A DNA stretch of 64,000 nucleotides from Pristiophorus japonicus (taxonomy: Eukaryota): positions 195,300,001 through 195,364,000 of the forward strand of contig NC_091984.1 of assembly GCF_044704955.1 (NCBI RefSeq). Direction: 5' to 3'. The notes below the pieces were generated by a model, which saw nothing but the letters and a program-made list of their open reading frames with translations, ran no database searches and had not been told where the DNA came from. The position numbers and the translations under genes are program-made. Position 1 is the first letter of the stretch. Each line of letters begins with the position of its first letter. This document shows positions 11,927 to 23,949 of this stretch, one piece after another.

Positions 11927-14566
11927 GTCTGGAGATTAGAGATAGTAAGAGGAAAAAGTCACTGGTCGGCGTAGTTTATAGGCCCGCAAATAATAACTTC
12001 ATGGTGGGGCGGGCAATAATCAAGGGAATAATGGAGGCATGTGAAAAAGGAACGGCAGTAGTTATGGGGGATTTTAACCTACATATCGATTGGTCAAATC
12101 AAATCGCAGGGGGTAGCCTAGAGGAGGAATTCATAGAATGCCGACGGGATTGTTTCTTAGAACAGTATGTAACAGAGCCTACAAGGGAGCAAGCCATTTT
12201 GGATCTGGTCCTGTGTAACGAGACAGGAAAAATAAACAATCTCCTCGTAAAAGATCCTCTCGGAATGAGTGATCACAATATGGTTGAATTTGTAATACAG
12301 ATTGAGGATGAGGAAGTTGTGTCAGAAACGAGTGTACTATGCTTAAACAAAGGGGACTACAGTGGGATGAGGGCAGAGTTGGCTAAAGTAGACTGGAAAC
12401 AAGGACTAAATGGTGGCACAATTGAGGAACAGTGGAGGACTTTTAAGGAGCTCTTTCATAATGCGCAACAAAAATATATTCCAATGAAAAAGAAGGGCAG
12501 CAAGAGAAGAGATAACCAGCCGTGGATAACCAAGGAAATAAAGGAAAGTATCAAATCAAAGACCAATGCGTATAAGGTGGCCAAGGTTAGTGGGAAACTA
12601 GAGGATTGGGAAAATTTTAAGCAACAGCAAAGAATGACTAAAAAAGCAAGAAAGAAAGGGAAGATAGATTACGAAGGTAAACTTGCGCAAAACATAAAAA
12701 CAGATAGTAAAAGCTTTTACCGATATATAAAACGGAAAAGAGTGAGTAAAGTAAATGTTGGTCCCTTAGAAGATGAAAAGGGGGATTTAATAATGGGAAA
12801 TGTGGAGATGGCTGAGACCTTAAACAATTATTTTGCTTCTGTCTTCACAGTGGAAGACACAAAAACCATGCCAAAAATTGCTGGTCATAGGAATGTGGGA
12901 AGGGAGGACCTTGAGATGATCACTATCACTAGGGAGGTAGTGCTGGACAGACTAATGGGATTGAAGGTAGACAAGTCCCCTGGTCCTGATGAAATGCATC
13001 CCAGGATATTAAAAGAGATGGCGGAAGTTATAGCAGATGCATTCGTTATAATCTACCAAAATTCTCTGGACTCTGGGGAGGTACCAGCGGATTGGAGAGC
13101 AGCTAATGTAACGCCTCTGTTTAAAAAAGGGGGCAGGCAAAAGGCAGGTAACTATAGGCCGGTTAGTTTAACATCTGTAGTGGGGAAAATGCTTGAAACT
13201 ATCATTAAGGAAGAAATAGCGGGACATCTGGATAGGAATAGTGCAATCAAGCAGATGCAGCATGGATTCATGAAAGGGAAATCATGTTTAACTAACTTAC
13301 TGGAATTCTTTGAGGATATAACGAGCATGGTGGATAGAGGTATACCGATGGATGTGGTGTATTTAGATTTCCAAAAGGCATTCGATAAGGTGCCACACAA
13401 AAGGTTACTGCAGAAGATAAAGGTACGCGGAGTCAGAGGAAATGTATTAGCATGGATAGAGAATTGGCTGGTGAACAGAAAGCAGAGAGTCGGGATAAAT
13501 GGGTCCTTTTCCGGTTGGAAATCAGTGGTTAGTGGTGTGCCACAGGGATCAGTACTGGGACCACAGCTGTTTACAATATACATAGATGACCTAGAAGAGG
13601 GGACAGAGTGTAGTGCAACAAAATTTGCAGATGACACTAAGATTAGTGGGAAAGCGGGTTGTGTAGAGGACTCAGAGAGGCTGCAAGGAGATTTGGATAG
13701 GTTAAGCGAATGGGCTAAGGTTTGGCAGATGGAATACAATGTCGGAAAGTGTGAGGTCATCCACCTTGGGAAAAAACACAGTAAAAGGGAATATTATTTG
13801 AATGGGGAGAAATTACAACATGCTGTGGTGCAGAGGGACCTGGGGGTCCTTGTGCATGAATCCCAAAAGGTTAGTTTGCAGGTGCAACAGGTAATCAGGA
13901 AGGCAAATGGAATGTTGGCCTTCATTGCGAAAGGGATGGAGTACAAAAGCAGGGAGGTGTTGCTGCAACTGTATAAGGTATTGGTGAGGCTGCACCTGGA
14001 GTACTGCGTGCAGTTTTGGTCACCTTACTTAAGGAAGGATATACTAGCTTTGGAAGGGGTACAGAGACGATTCACTAGGCTGATTCGAGAAATGAGGGGG
14101 TTACCTTATGATGATAGATTGAGTAGACTGGGTCTTTACTCATTGGAGTTCAGAAGGATGAGGGGTGATCTTATAGAAACATTTAAAATCATGAAAGGGA
14201 TAGACAAGATAGAGGCAGAGAGGTTGTTTCCATTGGTGGGGGAGACTAGAACTAGGGGGCACAGTCTCAAAATACGGAGGAGCCAATTTAAAACCGAGTT
14301 GAGAAAGAATTTCTTCTCCCAGAGGGTTGTGAATCTGTGGAATTCTCTGCCCAAGGAAGCAGTTGAGGCTGGCTCATTGAATGTTTTCAAGTCAAAGATA
14401 GATAGATTTTTAAGCAATAAGGGAATTAAGGGTTACGGGGAGAGGGCGGGTAAGTGGAGCTGAGTCCACGACCAGATCAGCCATGATCCTATTGAATGGC
14501 GGAGCAGGCTCGAGGGGCTAGATGGCCTACTCCTGTTCCTAATTCTTATGTTCTTATGTTCTTATG
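11927..14566 (+). mobile_element. Young CR1 LINE, 5'-truncated within the endonuclease domain
   Basis: Unbroken ORF2 frame, 3' hairpin GGGGCTAGATGGCCT, (TTCTTATG)3 tail; GTCTG at both junctions. Confidence 0.97.
11930..14463 (+). CDS. CR1 ORF2 (partial APE endonuclease + reverse transcriptase), open frame, N-terminus missing
   Basis: VGVVYRP, GDFN, LDLVL, SDH (endonuclease); SPGPD, QGSVLGP, FADD (RT); no stop over ~844 codons. Confidence 0.85.
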
Positions 14567-14747
14567 TCTGCTTGCTGCGGCTACCATTGGCCCAGCCAAG
14601 ATTGTGAAGGTACTGTGTGTGGTACATGAGGACCGACCCATGTCCAGCCACTTCTTGTCTTAGCAGAGCATCAACATACTGTATAAATCCTTAACTACAA
14701 AGCTGAAATGTTGCTTTACTGACTGTGTGCGATTTTTTTTCCAACAG

Positions 14748-14974
14748 TTTTGTCTGTTCACAGGAGTTCTTTTATTCATAAGAACGTGTTCTGCAGATTC
14801 CCCACAGATGTCACCAAAAACCCCAACAGATTTGACCACATTTTCCACAGATTTATATTGCCACAGCTCACTGCCATGTAATGTGATATCCTTTTCTTGG
14901 ATGATTGCAGAGCTAAGATATTTTGTAACAAAAGCTTTAAAACTATTGACTTTCTTCTACTTAACAACCTGCAG
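14748..14974 (+). other. Candidate host exon (UTR or short ORF)
   Basis: Branch-like TACTGAC at ~14718, T8CCAACAG acceptor, CAG|GTAATT donor, in non-repetitive DNA. Confidence 0.3.
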
Positions 14975-15169
14975 GTAATTCAAAGTGGTTCTGACAAAAT
15001 TGTATTGAAAAAATATTAAATGTTGACCAATAGGATCTTTGTCAGGAGAATGATTTAACTCTGTTCTCTACAATGCTATGGGTTTGTGTCTGATAGCTGC
15101 AGAAAGTACTTTACAGCTGGCCGGCCACATTGCATTTATGTCAGAGAGCTGCCCGTCACTGGGAAAGAG

Positions 15170-15618
15170 AGACTTGCCTTCATAAAGATCCTTTCACGAC
15201 CTTAGGACGTCCCGTAGCGCTTCACAGCCAATGATGTACCTTTTGAAGTGTAGTCACTGTTGTAATATAGGAAACGCGGCAGCCAATTTACGCACAGCAA
15301 GGTCCCACAAACAGAAAAGCCATCATGACCAGATAATCTGCTTTATGGTGATGTTGGTTGAGGGATAAATATTGGGCAGAACACTAGGAGAACTCTCCTG
15401 TTCTTCTTCGAAATAGTGCCATAGGGATCATTTACATCCACCTCAAAGTTTAACATCTCATCCGAACGACGGCACCTCCGACAGTGCAGCCCTCCCTCAG
15501 CACTGCACTGGAGTGTCAGCCTAGATTTTTGTGTTCAAGTCTCTGGAGTGGGACTTGAACCCACAACCTTTTGACTCTCAGAGGCGAGAGTGCTACCAGC
15601 TGAGCCACAGCTGACACC
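15170..15618 (-). mobile_element. Near full-length tRNA-derived Deu-domain SINE (SacSINE1/AmnSINE-like)
   Basis: Minus strand: A box TGGCTCAGCTGG, B box GGTTCAAGTCC, Deu-like GCTGCACTGTCGGAGGTGCCGTC..TCGGATGAGATGTTAAAC, L2-type tail GGGACGTCCTAAGGTCGTGAAAGG. Confidence 0.85.
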
Positions 15619-17189
15619 CTGACGGAGCTCTGCTCACTTTCTCAAATCATTTTTTTAAAATTTGGCTTCCGTTTATAAAGTGCTAAGAGGTTTTAAAGTC
15701 CCCTGAGTACTTTTGAAGCCCAGCTTGGCACCACACTGGAGTTACTCCATGTAACGCCAAGTCCAAGTGGTCTTCTCTGGGGGGAATCTCACATCACTTC
15801 ACTCAGGGGTCAGATTGGGTCCTGATTCCGACGTTACACTGTCACTTTTAATGGTGCAGCAAAGCTGAGGCTGTTTCACAGCGACTAAAAAGTGATGTTA
15901 TAACTATACCCTTAGTTGCCAATACAGTTAAGAACTGTTGGGAAGGAGGAAGAACATATTGAGATAAATATATATTTAAAATAATGAAAGACACTGCTTA
16001 TGTGCCTTGATAGCAAAGAAAACATGTTTGTCAGATAATGTTGTTCGTTCCCTTTCGACCTGTTCCGTATCCCTAAACATTCATTTCATTTTTTAAATGT
16101 ACAGTACTGCCAGTGTTTGAAAGACTGAATCCATCACCACACGGTGTGGATTTTCAAAATTTACCAAAATGTCACTGAAAAACTTAATTAAAATGAATTC
16201 ATTGCTTGTTCAGTCAGTTGTATGGTTCTGTATTCTGGATATATTATTTAAACTAAGTATTTTTATTGCTTCGTGTATATTCAGTGCACAGAGCAAGTCT
16301 ATAATTCATTGGCAATAACATCAAAACATAAGACTGTTTCCAAAACTAAATCAGATACAGTATTATTTATTCCACATGTGTCTTAAATAATGTGATTTAA
16401 GTATTTTGGATGCGGCACTTGAACAATAAATTGAACTATAAATCTGTCACTTTTGTGTTGTTGATAAATCAGTGGCTAAAATCAATCTTTACTTTGCTTT
16501 TCCGACTTCACTGTAGAGATCTTTAATATCTCTCTTGTTATATAGGGAAAACATTGTACTGTATTTGTTTTACTTTTTTATCCATTACTTCTAATAATAG
16601 AATAGTCAAATCTTCATATCACTTTTAAAATAGCTTTTGATTTAAAGTTGGAATACTCCACAGTAAATATTGGTAGGCCTTTGTCTACTTTTTTCAGTAA
16701 ATACACACATCAGCCAGTACTGCTTCTCTCTGGCAATATGAGGGTCCCTATAGAATGCACTGTCAAGCTGAATCACTTCAAGGGTAGACGTTAGTCTGAC
16801 TGCTCTTTAAAATTATTTCCTTTAAAATAAGTGCATTCATAACTTTTGTCAAAATAGCGCTCAAAGGAATTTTACACAAGCTCATTAACTAAGTCATTAA
16901 AAATAATGCCCAGAGTAATGTTTAGTCAGAATACATATTTGGAGCCATTATTCGTCAATGGGAAACCTTTTGGTATGCAATCTGTTCTTTCAATACTAAA
17001 TATTGGCATAATACAACAGTAGCAGTTCATGGCACGAATCACAGTATGATGAACCCTTATGTGATGAATGGGACTAACTATGAAGAAAAATGTTTGAAAT
17101 ATTACATTTTTCCATAATTAAATTATATTTTTTCATTATTTTCCCACTCCATGACCTACAGCTACTTTTTACATGTTCCAGACTAGACA

Positions 17190-17592
17190 CATCCGGGCAC
17201 AACATTGAGTTCAATAATTTCAGATCTTAACCTCTGTCCCTGTTTTTTTTCGGACAGCAGCATATGGCTGATGAGTCTGCTGTTCCCATTTACACCTCCT
17301 CTCGACCCAGCTTTTTTTCTTTACTTGTTCCATTGCCATCTTCTTTCACCTTGCACAATCATCCCTTAATTGTAATTCAATCTCTCCTGCCTTCCACCCT
17401 ATCACAGACCTTCCCTTTTGATCTTTCCTCCCTTCCATCCTTTCCCTGCCCCTTACACTTGCTTAAAATCTGTTGCATCTTTAATCTTTTCCAGTTCTGA
17501 CAAAAGGTCATCTGACCTGAAACTCTGTTTCTTTCTCCATAGATGCTGCCTGACCTGCTGAGTATTTCGAACATTTTCTGTTTTTACTTTAG
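17190..17592 (+). mobile_element. Penelope-like element 3' end (ORF C-terminus + pLTR)
   Basis: Reads SGHNIEFNNFRS*, resembling the GLN-type PLE C-terminus; pyrimidine-rich UTR; hammerhead-like CTGACAA-AGGTCA/TGACCT-GAAAC. Confidence 0.7.
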
Positions 17593-18919
17593 ACACATCC
17601 ATCATCTGATAACTTGATGCGATTACATATCTTATCGTTTAAAAAGCTTCTAAGAAAGAGTTTTTGTTGTTTTCAAACAAACTCACTAAATAGAGTGAGG
17701 CTGACTTAAATTAGAAATCTGGAATCAGGAATAGATCAATATGATAGAAAAGCATTTCAAGACATTAGCGACCATTTTGATTAGATACATTTTAAAGTGG
17801 TTAACACACCTCTAACCTTCATGAAAATATAGTAGGAGGCATTGTATATTTGTTATAAGTTATTTTCTGTTTTCATCCCTTCTGTTCTTCTGAATGCTTG
17901 ATCCCTTTTATAGGACAGCAGACGAGCGTTATGCATTCAGTCTTTAGCAGAACTGCTTTATAGCTAGGGTACTTTTGTGGCCTATACACATCCTCTCTTG
18001 CTCTGTGAAGAAGTAGTTGTGCCTCCCACTCATTGCATCTGCCTCAACGTCACCACCAACACTGGGCACTCACTGTGTAGAGAGCTGTAGCTGTGAACTG
18101 GCATGATTCCTGTAGCCTCATGTGTTTATGTTCTAATGTGTTCATCACTGCTCTGCCAAGAAATACCGCCATTTCTGTTGCAATACAACACCCTCAAGGA
18201 AACCTAGAAATGTTTACAATTAGAAGTTTTGTAGGGTATCTTTTAACATTTTACAATGAATTATTTTTGTGCTCACTGCGGAGATGATTATTAGTGCTGA
18301 ACAATGGAACACAGTTCCATTTTGGGCATCTCGTGTCAGTACCAAAGTGTTCCCAGATGAGATAAAGCGTGCACCAAATAAAGCTCCCTGTTCTCTTCCA
18401 ATAATCTGCTTTAAAGGAAAAGCCTAGGGGGAGTAATTATTTATTCAAAGTGCTTTGCTTTAATGGAAGAAAAAGATGAAGTGTACTTTGAATTTATTTG
18501 ACTTCTTTTGAAAACATCAATTTTTCTGCTGTCATGGAGATGCACGAGTAGCTGATTCCGATGATGTCAATCATAGAGGATGTCACTGTGCATCCAGAGA
18601 GGCTTAAATACAAGGGATGGAGAATGTGACTTGATGCTGAGCAGTTGGCTACTTTGAGGCCAAATAAGCCTGGAAAACCACTCTGCAGACTGGGAAATTT
18701 ACACTTGCAGTTCTGGGGTCAGGCAGCGCTCCGATCAGTTTTGAAGTCAGGTCCCTACTAGTTTACAGCAGAACCACTCCAGGACACTCTCCATAATTGA
18801 CACAACTGAAGCAACCCAGGAGGACGGAGATTGTACTCCAGGGTCGTCAAGCTGACAGGAAAAGTTTTCAATAGGTCAAATAAAATTTAAAGTAAATTAT
18901 TTCAAGTCAACATTCATTC

Positions 18920-19097
18920 TTCAACCAACACCACCGAACCAGATTGACCGGTCATTTAACTCATGGCTGCTTGTGGGATCTTGCTATACCCAAACTGGCC
19001 ACTGCATTTACCGATAAAACAAGTGAATCCACTTCAACATTCATTGGTTATGGAATTCTGAAGATGTGAAAAGTGCAATATAAATACAAGCCTTCCC
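18920..19097 (+). mobile_element. Degenerate 3' half of Deu-SINE
   Basis: Similar to 28404-28612 (GGTCATT...TTGTGGGATCTTGCT...GTGAAAAGTGCAATATAAATACAAG). Confidence 0.6.
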
Positions 19098-19473
19098 TTT
19101 AAGAACATACATAAGAACATACATAAGAAATAGGAGCTGGAGTAGACCATTTGGCCATTCAAGCCTGCTCCACCATTCAACAAGATCTTCTACCTCAACT
19201 CCACCTTCCTGCACTATCCCCATATCCCTTAATTCACTTCGTTCCTGAAATTTATCAATCTCTGTCTTAAATATACTTAAAGACTGAGCATCCACAGCTC
19301 TCTGGGGTAGAGAATTGCAAAGATTCGCAACACTTGAGTGAAGAAATTTTTCCTCATCTTAGTAATAAATGGCCAACCCTTTATTTTGAGACTGTGACCC
19401 CATGTTCTAGATTCTCCAGCCAGGGCAAACATTTTCTCAGCATGAACCCTGTCAAGCACCTTAAGAAGTTTAT

Positions 19474-20246
19474 GGGGCCGAATTTTCCCCTTTCCTTAAG
19501 GCCTGTTACCGCAGAGTGTAATGGCCGTCGATTTTTCGTGTAATGGACGCCCTTTTTAAAATTCTGCTCCTGCGGTATCCCGGCGGTGTACCACCTCGCT
19601 GCTGCCGATCCGTTCTAAGTGCATCATCAGAGTGCGCATCGTTGACGCTCCTCCCCGACGCGAAATTCCATCGAGAAAATCTTCCTCCCGCCAGGAAGTG
19701 CTAAAAGCTGCTTTTCTCAGGCGGTGCAGTGAGGCTGTGACCTTCTAATATAGCGCTGTGGCTCCCATTAAAGGGGAGGATGCACTGCCGCCGCCATGTT
19801 TTATTTTGTCAGCCGACTGCCATATTGGGCCATCAATTTTTCCCCCAGGTTTGGCCAGGCCTCCAACAGGTAGCCTAGCAGTCCCTTTTGGGTGCCAGGC
19901 CACTGACCTGGCCTAAACCCTCCCTGGTGGCCCAGTGGATCGAACTTAAAAATCGCGCAGGCTCTCCCCTTTAAGTGAAGGGGTGAGCCGTGGTGACGCG
20001 GAACCATGATGATGCTGATGACTGACAGCGATGGCCACTCCGCCCCCCCACCCCCCTAACTTCCGTCCCTCTAGTGTGCGAACTTCCGTTCACCGCTGCA
20101 TATCCGCCCCCATTATGACCGACTTCCGGTCATAAAAGCCAAAGAGTGGAATTTTGCTCAAGAGGCCAACGCATCTACCGCGGTGGTGAAAACACGAGAA
20201 ACTGGGTGCATGCGTCCAGTTTTCAGCGGTGGGCAATCTCAGCCCC
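19474..20246. mobile_element. Harbinger-type MITE
   Basis: TIRs GGGGCCGAATTTTCCC / rc GGGGCTGAGATTGCCC; TSD TAT/TAT; internal TTAAAGGGGA / TCCCCTTTAA inverted motifs. Confidence 0.85.
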
Positions 20247-20435
20247 TATATGTTTCAATTAGATCACCTCTCGTTCTTCTAAACTCTAGGGAATATAGGC
20301 TTAGTCTACTCAATTTCTCCTCATAGGGCAATCTCCTCATCCCAGGAACCAGCCTATGAACATTTGTTGCACTCCTTCTAAGGCAAGTATGTCTTTCCTT
20401 CGGTAAGGTGACCAGAACTGTACACAGTACTCCAG

Positions 20436-21930
20436 GAACCCGAAATTTATTGACATACCGCCCACTACCGCTCGTTTATCGCCAAGAATTACAAGTTTCA
20501 TCAAAAAACAGGTACCTGCTGCCGACATACCGCTCGGCAGTAGATTCATGAATGACATAACGCCAGGTGGTATGCACCCATGTAGAACCGCCCACATACC
20601 ACCCAAAAGTGCAAGTTTCATGACATACTGCCGACATATCGTCGGAACTGCATACCATCCTGGAGAAGATGCTTTAAGTGAATCTTAAGAGCTGACGGGT
20701 ATAATTGTTTCACAGAAGTGTGGCATACTTGATATTACACAATTCCCATAGTTTGATGTATTTTTAATTGGATTGGTTTTCTCGTATTTTCAAGTGCTAG
20801 CCAATAATGCAGTTTGAATAGCAATATAAACCCTGAGTCTGGAAATTGTGTGTGTGTTCACTAGAGTGATCTTATTTTATAAATGGTCTAATAAAGCCTT
20901 ATTTACTTCTTTATTAATGAACTAAAATAAGAATTTTATTAGTCTCTCTCAGCCCCCAATCTCTCTCACCTCCCCCCCCCACCACCAGTCTCTCATCCCC
21001 CCACCAGTCTCTCTCAGCCCCAGTCTCTCCCCCCTCACAGTGATCTCATCTTCCACCCCCCCCCCCACAGTGCTTTCTCTCCCCCCCCCACAGCGATCTC
21101 TCCCTCCACTGTGATCTCTCGCTCACCCCCCCGCACAGCAATCTCACCACCCACCCCCACAACGATCCCTCTTCCCCCCCCACACAGCGATCTCTTCCCC
21201 CCCCAGCCACTGCGATCTCTCGGTCCCCCCACCCCCACCCACAGCAACCTAACCCTCCGCCAGTGATCTTTCTCTCCCATCCCCCACAGCTATCTCTCTC
21301 TCCTCCCCACCACAGCGATCACTCTTCCATCCCCCCCCCCCACAGTGATCTCTCTCTCCCCCGCCGACAGCGATCTCTCTCTCCCCCCCTTCCACAGTGA
21401 TATCTCCCCCCCCACCCCGCCGCCTACAGCGATCTCTCTCTCTCCCCCCTCCCACAGCGATCTCTCTCTCTCTCCCCTCCCACAGTGATCTGTCTCTTCC
21501 CCCCCCTCTCCCGCCTACAGCGATCTCTCTCTCTCCCCCCCCCCACTGCGATCTCCCGCTCCCCCCCACAGCAACCTCCCCCCGTCCCCCAGTGATCTTT
21601 CTCTCCCATCCCCCCCCAGCGATCTCTCTCTTCCCCCCACCCCCACAGCGATCTCTTCCCCACCGCCCCCCCAAACAGCAATCTCAGGCCAGCCATCTCC
21701 GGTTTCTCATCGGTGTCTCTCGGGGGCGCGTGTGCGTGCGCACAATATGGGAGCCGATGTTTCTGGAGTCAAAGGCCTCCTCCACCAACCACCGCCTGCT
21801 GTACTCCATTCCTGCTGAGGAAAGCGGGATGAATCTCCCGTCCACTCGGTCCTAGCAGTACCGGGCGATAAAAAAGCAAGCACCACCCGGGAAAAACGAG
21901 CGGAAATTAGCTTTCATCAATTTCGGCCCC
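20436..21930. mobile_element. Harbinger-type non-autonomous element carrying a minisatellite
   Basis: TIRs GAACCCGAAATTTATTGA / rc GGGGCCGAAATTGATGAA; TSD CAG/TAG within CR1 TACTCCAGGTGTGG. Confidence 0.8.
20940..21690. repeat. C-rich minisatellite (C4-10 ACAGCGATCTCTCT)n
   Basis: About 30 imperfect units of 20-30 bp; long G-runs on the minus strand. Confidence 0.95.
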
Positions 21931-23273
21931 TAGGTGTGGCCTCACCAATGCCCTGTATAATTGCAGTAAGACTTATTTTTTTTTAATATTTTTACCCTAA
22001 TCCCTTTGTAACACAAGCTAACATACCATTTGCTTTCCTAATAGCTTGCTGTACATGCATGTTAACATTCTGTAATTCATGTACAAGGACACCCAGCTTC
22101 CTCTGACTGCAAATATTTTCCAGTCTCTCGCCATTCAGAAATATTCTGCTTTTTGTTTCTTCCTACCAACGTGGATAACTTCACATTTCCCCACATTGTA
22201 TTCCATTTGCCATGTTCTTGCCCACTCAGTCAACCTGTCTATATCTCTCTGCAGCCTCTTTGCGTCCTCCTCACAGCTTACTTTCCCACCTAACTTTTGT
22301 ATCATCAGCAAACTTGTATACGTTACACTTAGTACCTTCGTCTAAGTCATTAATATATATTGTGAATAGCTGATGCCCAAGCACTGATCCTTGCAGTACC
22401 CTGTTAGTTACAGCCTGCCAACCTGAAAAAGTCCCATTTATTTCTACTCTCTATTTACTATCCATTAACCATCCTCAATCCATTTTTAGTCTGAAATATG
22501 TAAAGGGTCATTGCAGGTAATGTAGTTGAAGAAAGGTAGTTGCTTGTTAAAAAAAAGGCTAGAGTCAACAATCAGTTAAATGTAGTATAAATATTATAGC
22601 AACATTTCAGAGAGACTGAGGATGTTGTTATATTTCCTTGTGCAAATATGCTGAATACAAGTCGCATCTGATCTGTCCTGTCTGGTATCACAAGGTTAGC
22701 TTTGTTTTTGGAGATACTAAAGCAATGTTGGAACAGTAGAAATTGAACCTATTACATATGAGATTATTTTATAAATATTCTATCCAGTATTTTCGGTAAA
22801 AACAGGATTTTCCGATGACCCTCTGAAACAAAATTTATTATATAAATGTTTTTATAAAATTACTGAACGGTACAAAAATGAAACACAAAACTTAATATCA
22901 AAGTCAAATAACATGCAGTTCAGCAAATTAACTTGTTCATGTAAGCTTGTGGAACCAAAAAAACACAAAATCACACAATGCATGTTTAGCTATCTCTTTT
23001 ATATTAAAGCAGTTTGAAAGATTCTCTTGTTGGTTGGGAACATTGTAACATTGAATTTTTCTAAATGAATACTGAACATACAATGGGTGCACCGAGCTTC
23101 AATTTTTACCCTAAGAAATCTTATCAAATTGTGTGGAAATGGGATAATGCCTAATAACATGTACAACAAGCAGAAATAACTGGCCACACAGTGCCATTCA
23201 GAACAAAGGCAAACAAAAGCTAACTATGTTACTGAAAAAAGTCTTGTTTTTTTTTCTCCTTATTTTCCCTCAG

Positions 23274-23460
23274 AGGACTACTAACTTTTACAGAACTTTC
23301 TTCAGACAAGACCAAAGGCCTCCTTAATTAGCTCCGGTCCAACTCCTTCGCTGGATGTGGTGCAAGATGTAGATTACAGTGTATGAGTGTTTACATTGTC
23401 TGACGTGGAACACATCACTAAACTACGGAATGGGATTTGCAGCAGCCTGGTAGCCCTAAG
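23274..23460 (+). other. Candidate non-coding host exon
   Basis: Long pyrimidine tract TCTTGT9CTCCTTATTTTCCCTCAG acceptor; AAG|GTAACT donor; stops in all three frames. Confidence 0.4.
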
Positions 23461-23949
23461 GTAACTAGAATATAAAGACTGGCAAATGTTAAATGTTGGA
23501 GCCCCCAATTGGGTAACTTGTTTTTACCACGTGGAGATCTTCACTGTGACAAGTAAGGCTATTTTGATCGGAGTTAAAAATAAAATGCTGAAATATGTCA
23601 GATTTTACTGTCTTTATAAGTTCAGCAGTTGTGAAAGGCAATATTATTTATTCTGCTCGTATATGAATGTGTGACTGCAGCATTTTAACTAGATTACCAC
23701 AGTTAATATTTAAGTAACTGAACTGGCTACCAATTAATTTCAAACTTCATGCTGACTCTAAACTCAGTCAGGTCAAATTTAATCAGTACTCATTGGAACT
23801 CAAGCTGGTAGATTTGTGTGTCAACCATCTTTTGTATATTAGCATATATACTAGATGGTGAAGTACATACTCTTACATCCTCACTATTAGCCTAGTCATC
23901 AAAATTTACAGCTGAGAATAGGAATGTAATGTCCAACACGTTGATAGCT

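Larger units (their letters stand above)
19101..22485 (-). mobile_element. CR1 LINE fragment split by two Harbinger-type MITEs
   Basis: Tail rc (CATAAGAA)n at 19101-19129; ORF2 pieces at 19130-19473, 20247-20435 and 21931-22485 are collinear once inserts are removed. Confidence 0.9.

Noticed and set aside
11659-11929. N-terminus of the 934-aa ORF as a true gene start
   Set aside because: Called from a GTG in flanking DNA; CR1 similarity begins only at ~11927
15540-15618. tRNA gene on the minus strand
   Set aside because: A/B boxes run straight into SINE body and tail; it is a SINE head
17252-17286. Second hammerhead at CTGATGAG
   Set aside because: No stem II/GAAA follows; it lies in the loop of a simple ACAGCAG/CTGCTGT hairpin
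18535-18645. C/D snoRNA or SECIS-like hairpin (ATGATGT...CTGA)
   Set aside because: Imperfect C box, no terminal stem, no recognisable guide sequence; compatible with chance
21035-21855. Gly/Arg- and Pro-rich ORFs
   Set aside because: Translations of the C-rich minisatellite
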